From an uncultured Gammaproteobacteria bacterium (lineage in GTDB: Bacteria; Patescibacteriota; Patescibacteriia; Magasanikbacterales; JBBTQS01): a DNA stretch of 64,000 bases. The stretch is from positions 72,384 to 136,383 of the forward strand of contig CAZVIA010000001.1 in NCBI GenBank assembly GCA_964627525.1. The letters are read 5' to 3'. Position numbers and translations under genes: made by a program. Position 1 is the stretch's first letter. Each line of letters opens with the position of its first letter. Shown one piece after another: positions 27,753-38,447 of the stretch. A model generated the notes under the pieces. The model was not told the origin of the DNA. It saw only the letters and a program-made list of their open reading frames with translations, and did not search any database.

Positions 27753-27754
27753 TT

Positions 27755-28210
27755 ATGGTTGAAATTGTTCATGATCCTCTAGAAGCTAATGTTGCTCAAA
27801 AGCTTATTTTGCGTCAAGGAAATAAGCTTTTGCTTTTAAAGCACCAGCTAAGAGATGCTTGGGATTTTCCAGGAGGGCGTTTGAACAAAACAGTTACTAA
27901 AAATCCAACTCAAGCAGAGCTTTTAAAAGAATTTCATAGAGAGGTTTTAGAGGAAGTTGGCGAGGATGTTGAATACACTATTGAACCCAATCCGATTACA
28001 ACTGCTTTGTCTATAAAAAAAGATGGCAAGCGATATATCTTTTTGGTTTTTTACGAAGGGGAGTATAATAAAGGTGAGATAAAGTTGTGCGAAGAGCACA
28101 CTGAATATAAGTGGGTAGATGTAAATACTTATGAGCCAGAAAAAGACACTTGGATTCCAGAGTATTTAGAAGTTGTAAAAAATTATTTGGAAAAAGTTCG
28201 TTCAAAATAA
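27755..28210 (+). CDS. NUDIX hydrolase
   Basis: WDFPGG...REVLEEVG (with a short insertion) and EHTEYKW motifs. Confidence 0.85.
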   Translation: MVEIVHDPLEANVAQKLILRQGNKLLLLKHQLRDAWDFPGGRLNKTVTKNPTQAELLKEFHREVLEEVGEDVEYTIEPNPITTALSIKKDGKRYIFLVFYEGEYNKGEIKLCEEHTEYKWVDVNTYEPEKDTWIPEYLEVVKNYLEKVRSK

Positions 28211-28231
28211 AATAAAAATTTGTCCAAAATT

Positions 28232-28307
28232 GGGCCCATAGTTTCAATGGCTAAAATGTCGGTCTCCAAAACCGAAGTTCTTGGTTCGAGTCCAAGTGGG
28301 CCTGCCA
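28232..28307 (+). tRNA. tRNA-Trp(CCA)
   Basis: gggccca/tgggcct acceptor stem; tcggt-ctCCAaa-accga anticodon arm; encoded CCA end. Confidence 0.93.
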
Positions 28308-28390
28308 AAAAAACAAAGTCCTGTTGTACTTTGACGCGTTATGCGTCTAGTAACAACAGGACTTAGTCTGTTTTTGAGGGGGGTAGAATC

Positions 28391-30325
28391 TTATCTACCT
28401 CTGCCTCTGCTTCTACCTCTACCCCTACCCCTACCTCTTTTGCCATGTTTGGGCTTGGAAGGCTTGCGAACTGTTTTCGCAGGCTCGGTAGTTTTTACAG
28501 GTATGCCACCAACCACTTCTTCAGATTTATTTTCTTCAGAAGTCGGTTCAATAGAGTCTCGCAATATCACCAACTCAAGAATGTAAGTAGTTTTACCTGA
28601 TAGGAATCGAGTTGCTCGCATTTCTTCTAGGTTGTAGTCAACCCATTCTGCGATTTTTTGATGTTCGAGCATTACCGCGATTTTAACCATCAAATAGCGA
28701 AACAATGTTATGTGATCATTGCCAGCTTCTCCACGACCCTTTGCAATCCAGCGGCGCATGTACCAGCCTTGACGTTTTGACCGATTTGCTTTGAGCCAGC
28801 TATCATCACCTCTAACATTTGATTCAATCTGCGCAAAGTCATCTATGCTAGCAAGCCACCATTCTTCCAGCCAACTTGATAGCTCTTTTTTTGCATCTTC
28901 ACTTAGTATTGTTGCTGACATTGGTATTGCCCAATTTGCCAGCTGCACAAGCTGAATTTCATCTTCAGAAATATCTTTTAGTCTGTTAAACAAACTATTC
29001 ACAAATGCTGAATTTAGTGATGTCTTGTTAAAGCTGTGTCTTGTTGTGCCAGAGGGGTTTTTGGCTATAGTAGGCCACCCAGATTCAGGAATCATGTCAT
29101 ACAAACGCATCATCTTTCTAACTTGTGTGATGTAAGGATCCCAGGTTCTGCCAGCTTTTTCTACTTCTGTTTTCTCAACAGCAATTCCATTGAAATAATG
29201 CACACCAATTGCAAGCAAAAATTTCCAATTGCCATTATAATGAGCTTTAGGTAAGCTCACCGAACTACGAGTTGCCACAGGTTCACAATTATCTGAAGTA
29301 TTTAGCTTTGCAGAAAAATTTATTGTAGGACAACTAAGTTTTATTGCTACAGGATTTACTGCATAGAGATTAGTATCTGGTTCTGAGGTGATATTTGAAG
29401 CTAGTTTTTCGATTTCTTGGAGTTTGCCAACCTTACTTGTATATTGTGCATTGGCATGATCAGGTGTTGTGGCTAGTGTGGATTTTTCAAAAGCCGCAGC
29501 TTTTTCAGGTACTACTTCTTTGATAGATTCCCAAGTACATTCCCTTTCTCTTTTCTCTTGAAGCAGTGCTACGAGTTCTTCTGATTTCACACCCTTGAAC
29601 GGATTGCTCATGTCTTCATCAGTAGCTTCTGTTGAAACCGCATCAGAAGTGTCAGTAGGAGGTTCATCAACTTGATTTTCGCTTCTAACAATCGCAGAAA
29701 TATAAATCGTCACAAGAGCACCAATAATCAAACCGACAGCAAGACCAGAATACAAGCGTAGTTTGCGCTTATTTTCTTGCAGTGCTATTAAGTGTTTTGT
29801 ATATTCATCACGCTCATCTTTTGGTAGATCTTGGAAAGGAATTATTTTTCGTTCAAGAAGTGCATCATAAGCTGCTCTTGTTATTGATACACGATGACCA
29901 CCATCGCATTCTTGGAGGTGGGACAAAGTGCATATGCTATGTATAAATACACCTTTTTCATCTTCTTCTTTGTCAGAACCAATAAGTGCATTCCAACAAG
30001 AGACAAAAAATCCAATTACAGAATCCAAGATTCTAGGCAGAGTTCTTCCACTCCATTTCCAGATACTCACAAGAATATATAGAATAAAGTTAAGAGCTTT
30101 TCTTACTACGGATGGTTTGTGTAGTCTACCACTAAGAGATTCTATTTCTTCAGTAGCTTCACCTTCATCCTCATCTTTGCTCTTACCTTCACCTTCTTGA
30201 ATTATAAGCTGTGTTTTTTCTGGATCAGATTCACCAGGAATCCTAATCTTAACTTCTTTGGGTTCCATATCTTGAGGTACTCCAGATTTGTCTGTATCAG
30301 TAGGCGGTTTTTTTACATCACTCAT
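28391..30325 (-). CDS. orphan membrane protein with RG-repeat C-terminal tail
   Basis: 644-aa ORF; GAGGAGGT SD; TM segment; KRGRGRGRGRSRGRGR C-terminus. Confidence 0.8.
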   Translation of the reverse strand: MSDVKKPPTDTDKSGVPQDMEPKEVKIRIPGESDPEKTQLIIQEGEGKSKDEDEGEATEEIESLSGRLHKPSVVRKALNFILYILVSIWKWSGRTLPRILDSVIGFFVSCWNALIGSDKEEDEKGVFIHSICTLSHLQECDGGHRVSITRAAYDALLERKIIPFQDLPKDERDEYTKHLIALQENKRKLRLYSGLAVGLIIGALVTIYISAIVRSENQVDEPPTDTSDAVSTEATDEDMSNPFKGVKSEELVALLQEKRERECTWESIKEVVPEKAAAFEKSTLATTPDHANAQYTSKVGKLQEIEKLASNITSEPDTNLYAVNPVAIKLSCPTINFSAKLNTSDNCEPVATRSSVSLPKAHYNGNWKFLLAIGVHYFNGIAVEKTEVEKAGRTWDPYITQVRKMMRLYDMIPESGWPTIAKNPSGTTRHSFNKTSLNSAFVNSLFNRLKDISEDEIQLVQLANWAIPMSATILSEDAKKELSSWLEEWWLASIDDFAQIESNVRGDDSWLKANRSKRQGWYMRRWIAKGRGEAGNDHITLFRYLMVKIAVMLEHQKIAEWVDYNLEEMRATRFLSGKTTYILELVILRDSIEPTSEENKSEEVVGGIPVKTTEPAKTVRKPSKPKHGKRGRGRGRGRSRGRGR

Positions 30326-30525
30326 TGGGCACCTCCTCTAGGTTGCACAGGTTTTGTGTTCAGTTGTAACTAACGCTCTAATTTTGCTTAAAATAAGCGA
30401 AATTAGAGAAGATAGCACCTTATCAAAAATCACCAAGTTTGTCAAGTCTAATGTGCTATTTCAATGGGTTTATTAGCTTTTAATTTACTTGACTTTTTGT
30501 TATAATATGCATACAATCAATACCT

Positions 30526-32280
30526 ATGATAAAAAAAACTTGGGAAAATATAAAGAAATATAAAAAAACAAGCATTGTTGGGTTAATAGTTTTAATATTA
30601 ATTTTAATGTCAGTGTTTAGTGGTGGAGAAGAAATAGTGCGCGAAACAATTTATGTTGAAAATAATTACATAATTCAAGAGGTGAGTGTAACTGGAAATG
30701 TAAAAGCAGCCGATGAAGTTAGTTTAGGTTTTGAACAATCTGGAAAAGTTGGCAAAGTAAATGTAGAAGTTGGGCAAGTTGTAAAGGAGCGAGATATTTT
30801 AGCTACTTTAGTTGGTACTGGCTCTTATGCAAGTTTGCAACAAGCTCAAGCAAGTGCTCAAAGTTCTCAAGCTTTGGTTGATCAGTATAAGCAGGCGTTA
30901 ACAAAGCAAGAAACTGATTTAAAGGAATTAAAATCTGGTCCAAGAATTGAATCAATAGTTGTTGCTCAAACAACAGTTTCAAATGCTGAAAAATCTGCAA
31001 AACAAGCACAAGATAATTATGATGCAATTTTGGCAAAAGCTGATGATGATTTAGTGCAAGTTTATGATGATATAGATGATGTTTTACATACAGCTTATGC
31101 AAAAGTTAATGACGCAGTGCGTCGTTTGACAGATCCTTTGTTTACTAAAGATACATCTGTAAATCCACAACTTACTTTTACTACTTCAAATTCAAGTGCA
31201 AAAAGTCTTGCTCAACAAATGAGACATAAGGCAGAGATAGCTTTGGTTGAATTAGCAACAATTACTTCTAATATTCCAACTGATGAACTTGGAAAAATAA
31301 ATGCACTTACAAGTGCACAAGTAGCATTAAACACAACACGTGATTTTTTTAATGCTTTAACAACTGTAATGAATAGTGCGTCTGGTTTTGATGCAGCAAC
31401 TTTAGCAACTTATCAAAATAATGTTAGTACTGGAATGAATACAACTGTTACTCAAACAACAGCCATATTAGCTCAAATACAATTAGTGAGCACTCAAAAA
31501 AATACAAATCAAAATAGCATTACAACTGCGCAAGTAAGTTTAACAACAGCTGGAAATACTTTATCTGCTGCTCAAGAAAATTTGAATTTGGTTTTAGCTG
31601 GAGCAACTGCTGGTGAGATTCAAGCTCAAGAAGCTTTAGTTGAGCAAGCTCGTGCAAATTTTAGATCTCAACAAGCTTTGCTTTCAAGTGCATGGGCTTC
31701 AATTACTCAAGCGCAGGCAGTTTATAATCAAACAATAATTCGTGCGCCGTTTACTGGAATAATTACAAAACAAGATTTGCAAGTTGGGGAGATTGTATCA
31801 GCACAAACAGAACAAATTTCAATGATTTCAGATGTTGAATTTGAAATTGAGGCATTTGTTCCAGAAGTTGATATCGCAAAAATTTCTGTAGATGATGAAG
31901 CTCTGGTGACTTTAGATGCTTATGGTGTTGATCAGGAATTTATTGCAAAAGTTGTATCAGTAGATCCTGCAGAAACTGTTATTGAGGGTTTGTCTACTTA
32001 TCGTGTGCGTTTGCGTTTTGCAGAACAAGATGAACGAATTAAATCTGGTATGACTGCGAATGTAGATATTTCAACTGATAGACGTGATGATGTTTTGGCA
32101 GTACCACAGCGTGCATTAGTTCGTAAGGATGGTAAAAGATTTATTAGGGTTGTTGATGGTGCAAAAACACATAAGGAAGTTGAGATTGAAACTGGTTTGC
32201 GCGGTTCAGATGGTTTGATAGAAATTATAAGTGGTTTAATTGAAGGTGATGAGATTGTAACTTATATAGAAGAAAAATAA
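30526..32280 (+). CDS. MacA-like efflux periplasmic adaptor
   Basis: SGKVGKVNVEVG, long coiled coil, IRAPFTG and GMTANV motifs. Confidence 0.9.
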   Translation: MIKKTWENIKKYKKTSIVGLIVLILILMSVFSGGEEIVRETIYVENNYIIQEVSVTGNVKAADEVSLGFEQSGKVGKVNVEVGQVVKERDILATLVGTGSYASLQQAQASAQSSQALVDQYKQALTKQETDLKELKSGPRIESIVVAQTTVSNAEKSAKQAQDNYDAILAKADDDLVQVYDDIDDVLHTAYAKVNDAVRRLTDPLFTKDTSVNPQLTFTTSNSSAKSLAQQMRHKAEIALVELATITSNIPTDELGKINALTSAQVALNTTRDFFNALTTVMNSASGFDAATLATYQNNVSTGMNTTVTQTTAILAQIQLVSTQKNTNQNSITTAQVSLTTAGNTLSAAQENLNLVLAGATAGEIQAQEALVEQARANFRSQQALLSSAWASITQAQAVYNQTIIRAPFTGIITKQDLQVGEIVSAQTEQISMISDVEFEIEAFVPEVDIAKISVDDEALVTLDAYGVDQEFIAKVVSVDPAETVIEGLSTYRVRLRFAEQDERIKSGMTANVDISTDRRDDVLAVPQRALVRKDGKRFIRVVDGAKTHKEVEIETGLRGSDGLIEIISGLIEGDEIVTYIEEK

Positions 32281-32301
32281 ATAATAATTTTGAAAATTAT
32301 T

Positions 32302-33027
32302 ATGGCTTTGTTTAAAGCTCAAGGTTTGGAAAAAACTTATTATACAGAAGATGGAGAAATTGCAGCGCGTGCATTAGCTGGTGCAGATTTTGAGATTAAG
32401 AAAGGTGAGTTTGTTGCGATCATGGGGCCGTCTGGTTCTGGAAAATCTACTTTATTGCAGATTGTTGGTTTTTTAGATGATCAAACAAAAGGGGATTATC
32501 TTTTTGAAGGTAGAAAAGCTGCGAAGTACAATGAAGAAGAAAAAGCTCATATTCGTAATAAGAAAATGGGTTTTGTTTTTCAGGCTTTTAATTTGTTGGC
32601 GCGTACAACTGTTTTGGAAAATGTTAAATTACCTTTGGTTTATTCTGATATACCAGAATCAAAATGGGATGAGCAAGCAAAAAAAGCAATTGAATCTGTT
32701 GGTTTGAGTCATCGTTTAGATCATGAGCCTTCACAGCTTTCTGGTGGTGAAAAACAGCGTGTAGCAATTGCTCGTGCTTTGGTAAATGATCCTGAAGTAA
32801 TTTTTGCTGATGAACCAACTGGAAATTTGGATTCAAAATCTGGGAAACTGGTAATGGAGGCTATTGAAGATTTGCATAGTAAGGGTGGTCGCACAATTGT
32901 TTTGATCACTCATGAAACTAGTACTGCACAGCACGCTGAAAGAATTTTAAAAATGAAAGACGGTGTAATTATTTCAGATACAAAAGTAAAAGGGCAGTTA
33001 CATGCGCACGATTCCTATGAAAAATAG
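32302..33027 (+). CDS. MacB/LolD-type ABC ATP-binding protein
   Basis: [17 protein letters not shown] and DEPTGNLD motifs. Confidence 0.95.
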   Translation: MALFKAQGLEKTYYTEDGEIAARALAGADFEIKKGEFVAIMGPSGSGKSTLLQIVGFLDDQTKGDYLFEGRKAAKYNEEEKAHIRNKKMGFVFQAFNLLARTTVLENVKLPLVYSDIPESKWDEQAKKAIESVGLSHRLDHEPSQLSGGEKQRVAIARALVNDPEVIFADEPTGNLDSKSGKLVMEAIEDLHSKGGRTIVLITHETSTAQHAERILKMKDGVIISDTKVKGQLHAHDSYEK

Positions 33028-34270
33028 TTTTGTAAAATTTTTTTCACAATTAAAAACTTCTGTGACTGCTTTACGCACAAACAAGTCGCGTTCTTTGTTA
33101 ACTATTTTGGGAATTGTGATTGGAATTGCAGCAATTATAATTGTGATGGCTGTTGGTCGTGGTGCGGAAAATTTAATTTTAAATGAGATTAGTGCTTTTG
33201 GTTCACATAATATTTCTGTTGAGCCAGGAAGGCGTCCAAGTGGACCTTCTGATTTTGCTGAAATTTATACAGACTCTTTAACTAAAAAAGATGTTACAGC
33301 TTTGAGAAGGGCTGAAAATGTTAGAGGGGTTGAAGAAGTAGTTCCTGCTGTAATTTTGCCAGCTACAATTTCTTATGAAAATGAAACTTATCGCGGGACA
33401 ATTTTTGGGAGTACGGATTTTTATTTAGAAAGTTTTAAAGTTCCAGTTGGTGTTGGAAGAGTTTTTTCTGATGAAGAAGCTAGGCAAAGAGCAAATGTTG
33501 TGGTGTTGGGTTATGAAATTTACGAAGAATTATTTGGAACATCTGAAGCTGTTGGGCAAAAAGTAAAAATTAAAAACCGTACTTTTAGAGTTGTGGGAAT
33601 TTTGGAAAAAGTTGGTACTGTTGCGTTTTTTAATTTTGATAAAATTGCTTTAGTCCCTTATACAGTTGCACAACAGCAACTTTTGGGGATTGATTATTTT
33701 CATAATATTATTGTAAAAGTTTCTGAAGATGTTTCTGTACCAAGAGCTGTGCGTGAAATTGAAGCTACTTTGAGAGAAACTCATAATATTGATGATCCAG
33801 AAAAAGATGATTTTCATGTTGAGACACAAGAAAGTGCTGTTGAGATTATTAGTGTGGTTACTGATTCTTTGTCTGCGTTGTTAATTGCGATTGCATCTAT
33901 TTCTTTGGTTGTTGGTGGAATTGGAATTATGAATATAATGTTGGTTTCTGTGACGGAGCGTACTCGAGAAATTGGTTTGCGCAAAGCTTTGGGTGCAACA
34001 AGAAATAATATTTTAAATCAATTTTTAATGGAAGCTGTTTTACTAACAATTATTGGTGGAGTGATTGGTATACTTTTTGGGGCGTTTATGTCGTGGTTGA
34101 TAGCTATTATTATGCAACAGTTTGTTGCTCAAGGTTGGGTGTTTACATTTCCAATTTCAGCAGCTGTGATTGGTTTGGTTGTGGCAGCTGTGATTGGTTT
34201 GGTGTTTGGTTTTTATCCTGCAAAAAGTGCTGCAAGTAAAAGCCCGATGGAGGCTTTGCGTTACGAATAA
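33017..34270 (+). CDS. MacB/FtsX-type ABC permease
   Basis: RSLLTILGIVIG and GGIGIMNIMLVSVTERTREIGLRKALGA motifs. Confidence 0.95.
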   Translation: MKNSFVKFFSQLKTSVTALRTNKSRSLLTILGIVIGIAAIIIVMAVGRGAENLILNEISAFGSHNISVEPGRRPSGPSDFAEIYTDSLTKKDVTALRRAENVRGVEEVVPAVILPATISYENETYRGTIFGSTDFYLESFKVPVGVGRVFSDEEARQRANVVVLGYEIYEELFGTSEAVGQKVKIKNRTFRVVGILEKVGTVAFFNFDKIALVPYTVAQQQLLGIDYFHNIIVKVSEDVSVPRAVREIEATLRETHNIDDPEKDDFHVETQESAVEIISVVTDSLSALLIAIASISLVVGGIGIMNIMLVSVTERTREIGLRKALGATRNNILNQFLMEAVLLTIIGGVIGILFGAFMSWLIAIIMQQFVAQGWVFTFPISAAVIGLVVAAVIGLVFGFYPAKSAASKSPMEALRYE

Positions 34271-34302
34271 AAATTTGGGATTTTTTTTAAAAACTTTTTT
34301 AT

Positions 34303-34331
34303 AGACCCGGCCGCGCAAGCGGCTGGGTCTT
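34303..34331 (+). terminator. intrinsic terminator-like hairpin
   Basis: agacccggccgc-gcaa-gcggctgggtct after the permease gene. Confidence 0.65.
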
Positions 34332-34374
34332 AAATTTATGGTATAATTATTCTGGTGAAGAATAATTTTTTAGT

Positions 34375-34995
34375 ATGCAAAAAAAACCCGGAACCAAACA
34401 AAAAGAAAAGAAAAGTTTCCTGAAAATGGAAATAAATATTGGTGGAACTAGCTTGGCAGAAAAAGCAGTTTTTGCAAAACATTTGTCTGTGATGTTGAAA
34501 TCTGGCTTAACAATTGCAGAAGCTTTAAATATTTCTCAAGATTCAGCACAAGGAAAAATGAAAAAAGTTTTGCAAAGTGTTTTAACTTCTGTTGAGTCTG
34601 GTCAGCCTTTGTCTGTTGCGTTTGGTCGGCATCCAAAAGTTTTTACAGGAATATTTATTAGTGCAACACAAGCTGGTGAAACTTCTGGAACTCTTTCCGA
34701 AAATTTAGAACACTTAGCAGAACAACTTGAAAAAGATAAAGAGCTTGTTGCAAAAGTTAAAGGTGCTGGGTGTGGAGTTTGTGGGGATACTGGTTTTACA
34801 GGTCGTATTGGTGTGTTTGAGGTTTTGGAAATGACAGATGGTGTTAAAGAATTGATTTTGAAAAATGCTTCAAGTGATGAAATTTCTGCTGCTGCAAAAG
34901 CAGAAGGTATGACAACAATGATGGAAGATGGTATTAATAAGGTTTTGAGTGGGGCAACAACTCTTGGTGAGGTATTAAGAGTTACTAGGGAATAA
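34375..34995 (+). pseudogene. in-frame chimera of PilC/GspF N-terminus and PilB/GspE C-terminus
   Basis: HLSVMLKSGL..GETSGTL..KVKGA joined to GCGVCGDTGFTGRIGVFE..TTLGEVLRV. Confidence 0.8.
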
Positions 34996-35168
34996 AGCAA
35001 AAGAAACAGAATAAAAAGTAAAATTTGTGGGAAATAGGGGGTTTTTGGTGACCGCTTGCTTTGTTATTGCTTTATAATGTAAAATATAGTTTCCAGTGAG
35101 TTTTAAAAAAGTTTTAAAAAAGGGGTTTAATAAAAGGATTAATAATTTAATATTTAATACAAAAATTT

Positions 35169-35909
35169 ATGGAACATTCACATGAGCCAAGAGGCGGTAC
35201 AAATGTAGATAAAAAAAGTGCTGCTTTTGGATTTGTTGGGGGGATTTTAGTTTTATGTACAATTGGTTTTTTTATTTTGTTGGGAGTTGTTTTAAACAAA
35301 GATGGTGCAGATGTGGTTGAAGCACAAGATCCAACACCTACTGTTATAGAGCCTAGTAATCCACAACCAACAAATGTAAAGATTACTTTAACAGACAGTG
35401 ATCATGTTTTTGGAAATGAAGATGCTAAAATAACAATTGTTGAGTATTCTGATTTTGATTGTCCTTATTGTTCAAAACATCATCCAACAGTTGAACAAGT
35501 TGTAAATGATAATGCAGGAAAAGTAAATTGGGTTTATAGACATTTTCCTTTGAGATCATTACATCCTTTGGCAGCAAGAAAAGCTGAAGCATCTGAATGT
35601 GTTGCTCAAGTGGCTGGTAATGATGCTTTTTGGAAGTTTACAGATGACGTGTTTAAAGGTGTGGCATCAGAAACAGATGATAACTTGGCAAGTATTGCAC
35701 AAACAGCTGGTGCAGATAAAACAAAATTTTCAGAGTGTCTAACAAATGGTGGTGGAAAAGCAGCTGTTGAGGAAGATGAAAAATCTGGTTTAGCTGCAGG
35801 TGTACAAGGTACTCCTCATTCTGTGATTATTGGACCAGATGGAGAGGGAATTCCTTTGTCTGGAGCTTTGCCAGCAGTACAACTTCAAGCTGTGATTGAT
35901 AGTTTGTAG
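35169..35909 (+). CDS. DsbA/BdbD-family thiol-disulfide oxidoreductase
   Basis: EYSDFDCPYC, RHFPL and GVQGTP motifs; N-terminal TM. Confidence 0.92.
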   Translation: MEHSHEPRGGTNVDKKSAAFGFVGGILVLCTIGFFILLGVVLNKDGADVVEAQDPTPTVIEPSNPQPTNVKITLTDSDHVFGNEDAKITIVEYSDFDCPYCSKHHPTVEQVVNDNAGKVNWVYRHFPLRSLHPLAARKAEASECVAQVAGNDAFWKFTDDVFKGVASETDDNLASIAQTAGADKTKFSECLTNGGGKAAVEEDEKSGLAAGVQGTPHSVIIGPDGEGIPLSGALPAVQLQAVIDSL

Positions 35910-36052
35910 ATTAGGGTTTAAGGTTTGGTGGTAAAAATTTTTTATAAAGAAAAATTTTAATAGGTCGGTTGTTCGAGCGGTCGGCCTATTACACAAAAAA
36001 AAAGAGTGCACTTCGCACTCTTTTTTGTTATAATTTATAAGAACAAAAAACT

Positions 36053-37126
36053 ATGGAAGAATTTTTACAATTTTTAGATCAATATAATTATTTTGGAAAT
36101 TCAGGGCGTGAATATTTTTATGCTTTGATAGCTTTTGTAGCAACCATAGTAATTTTAAAACTATTTCAATTAATAATTTTAGTAAAAGTTCGTAAGTGGG
36201 CAGAAAGCACAAAAACAAAGTTTGATGATGTTTTGCTAGATGTTATTAGTTCTGTTAAAACTTATTTTTACTTTATTTCAGCGTTGTACTTATCGTTTTT
36301 GTTTTTGGTTGTGCCTGTTTGGCTAAATCGCGCGGTTGCAATATTGTTTTTAATTTCTGCGACATTAGAAGTTGTTCGAGCAATAGATGGAGTGATTGAT
36401 CATCTTTTAGAAAGATATCAAAAACAATTAGAAGAAAGTGGTGGAAAAAGAGCTACAAGCAAACCAATTATAAATGCTACAAGAGTTGCTTTGAAAATAA
36501 TTGTCTGGTTTTTGGCGGTTACAATAATTTTGTCTAACTTGGGTGTAAATGTCACTTCTTTAATTGCAAGCTTAGGTGTTGGTGGAATTGCAATTGCTCT
36601 GGCTTTAAAAAATATTTTAAGTGATATTTTTAGTTCGTTTACAATTTATATTGACAAACCTTTTGAAGTGGGGGATACAATTGTTGTTGGAACAGATAAA
36701 GGTAAGGTAGAAAAAATTGGCCTGAAATCAACTCGTTTGCGAACACCACTTGGAGAGCAATTAATTATTTCAAACCAAGAGTTGACAACTACTAGGGTTC
36801 AAAATTTTGAACAAATGAAAGAGCGTCGTGTGCTTTTGCAGTTACAAGTTGAATATGGTACACCACACACAAAATTGAAAAAAATTCCTGGGATGTTGAA
36901 AAATCTTGTGAAAGAAGAAGGTCTTGTAAGATTTGATCGTTGTAGTTTTGCTGATTTTATGGATTCTGGTTTAATGTTTGAGTTGTCTTATTATGTTCAA
37001 ACTACTGACTACAAAAAATATATGTCAGTGCGGCAAAAAATTAATATTGCGATTTATCGTGCGTTTGAACGTGAGGAAATTGTGTTTGCATTCCCAACGC
37101 AAACAGTTTTTGTGCGAAAAGATTAG
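36053..37126 (+). CDS. mscS: small-conductance mechanosensitive channel family protein
   Basis: SLGVGGIAIALA, DKPFEVGD, IGLKST and AFPTQ motifs. Confidence 0.92.
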   Translation: MEEFLQFLDQYNYFGNSGREYFYALIAFVATIVILKLFQLIILVKVRKWAESTKTKFDDVLLDVISSVKTYFYFISALYLSFLFLVVPVWLNRAVAILFLISATLEVVRAIDGVIDHLLERYQKQLEESGGKRATSKPIINATRVALKIIVWFLAVTIILSNLGVNVTSLIASLGVGGIAIALALKNILSDIFSSFTIYIDKPFEVGDTIVVGTDKGKVEKIGLKSTRLRTPLGEQLIISNQELTTTRVQNFEQMKERRVLLQLQVEYGTPHTKLKKIPGMLKNLVKEEGLVRFDRCSFADFMDSGLMFELSYYVQTTDYKKYMSVRQKINIAIYRAFEREEIVFAFPTQTVFVRKD

Positions 37127-37217
37127 GGTTTTAAAAGTCTCGTCCTGTTGGCGCTCAACTTGACCAAAACCCATAGTTAGTGTAAGGTAAATCCTACACA
37201 CAAAAATAAAACAAAAT

Positions 37218-38447
37218 ATGGGGAAAACAAATAAAAAAACTCAATTTTTATATATAATTTTGACAGCATTTTTTGCTGTTTTTATTTTTTCTTTTTCAAT
37301 AAACCAAACAAACAGTTCAGAATTAGAGTATTTAGAGATTTTTAAATCTGCAAATACTCCACAAGAAAAAGACATTATTTTGAACAAATCTTTTGAAGAA
37401 CAAGATGGTTTAATTTTTAAGTTTAATGTAAAAGCAATTGGAACAAATTTTGTTTTTGATAAAGTGGGTGTGAAAATTAAATCCGCAGATACTAATACTT
37501 CAAATTCGTTTTTCAAACAATCTTGTGGAATAAATAGTTTTACTTTGGATTCAGATGAATGGAGTGGTAGCAGTAATGTTGCGGTGGGAAACAATGGATT
37601 TTATGTTTACTTTAATCCGGATGATACACAAGGTGCAGGTGGTGCAATAATTTTAAAAAACAGCACAATGAATTTTAATTTGAAAGCAAATAGTTTTTTT
37701 AATTCTTTAAAAAATAATCCAGCAGAAACTTCAAAATTAAATGGATGTAAATTTGTGGCAGAAATTAGTGCAAATGATTTTGGTCTTATATCTACTTCTA
37801 CAATTCATGATAATGGGGGAGAGGATGCAGCGTCTCATGCAGTTAGCAGTGTGATGACTACTGTAGAATTTAATGCGCCACATATTAATTGGGATAAAAA
37901 TTTTTCACAAGAACTAGAAAATGTTTTTCCATACCCCACAGTTGAAATAGCAAAATATAAAATTATAAATAAAAATCCACAAGCCACAAATTTAGCAATA
38001 GATAATATGGCTTTTATTTTTGATACAGATTTAAGTCCATATACAAATCGCACAATAGGGTTTTATTATGAAGATGGATCAGGTATGCAAACAGTTTTGC
38101 AAACTAAATTAAATATTAACAACGCAAGTTATAGTAATAAGTATAAGAAATATTACTGGAAAATTTACCCAAAAGAAAAAGATTTTAAAGATATAAAAAT
38201 TAATGGACAAGGGTTTTTATCAATAGTGATTAATGCAAAAGATGCAAAAGACGGGAATAAGTTTTGTACAAAAATTAAAGATGCAAAACATATTAAGTGG
38301 CATGATGGTTGGAGTTATTTTGCATTTCCAAATAATAAAATAGTACCGCAAGAAAATGTTGATTTAGATGAAAAATGTTTAACATTTCAAAAACCCAAAA
38401 TAGAAAGTCAAGTAAATAATAGATATGTACGCAGACGTAGAAAATAA
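37218..38447 (+). CDS. secreted beta-rich hypothetical protein
   Basis: 409-aa ORF with signal/TM N-terminus; Asn/Ser-rich. Confidence 0.75.
   Translation: MGKTNKKTQFLYIILTAFFAVFIFSFSINQTNSSELEYLEIFKSANTPQEKDIILNKSFEEQDGLIFKFNVKAIGTNFVFDKVGVKIKSADTNTSNSFFKQSCGINSFTLDSDEWSGSSNVAVGNNGFYVYFNPDDTQGAGGAIILKNSTMNFNLKANSFFNSLKNNPAETSKLNGCKFVAEISANDFGLISTSTIHDNGGEDAASHAVSSVMTTVEFNAPHINWDKNFSQELENVFPYPTVEIAKYKIINKNPQATNLAIDNMAFIFDTDLSPYTNRTIGFYYEDGSGMQTVLQTKLNINNASYSNKYKKYYWKIYPKEKDFKDIKINGQGFLSIVINAKDAKDGNKFCTKIKDAKHIKWHDGWSYFAFPNNKIVPQENVDLDEKCLTFQKPKIESQVNNRYVRRRRK

Noticed and set aside
24330-30450. Prophage or integrative element
   Set aside because: No integrase, transposase, phage structural genes or att duplication seen
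35959-36026. Double hairpin between dsbA and mscS
   Set aside because: Adequately explained as intrinsic terminators
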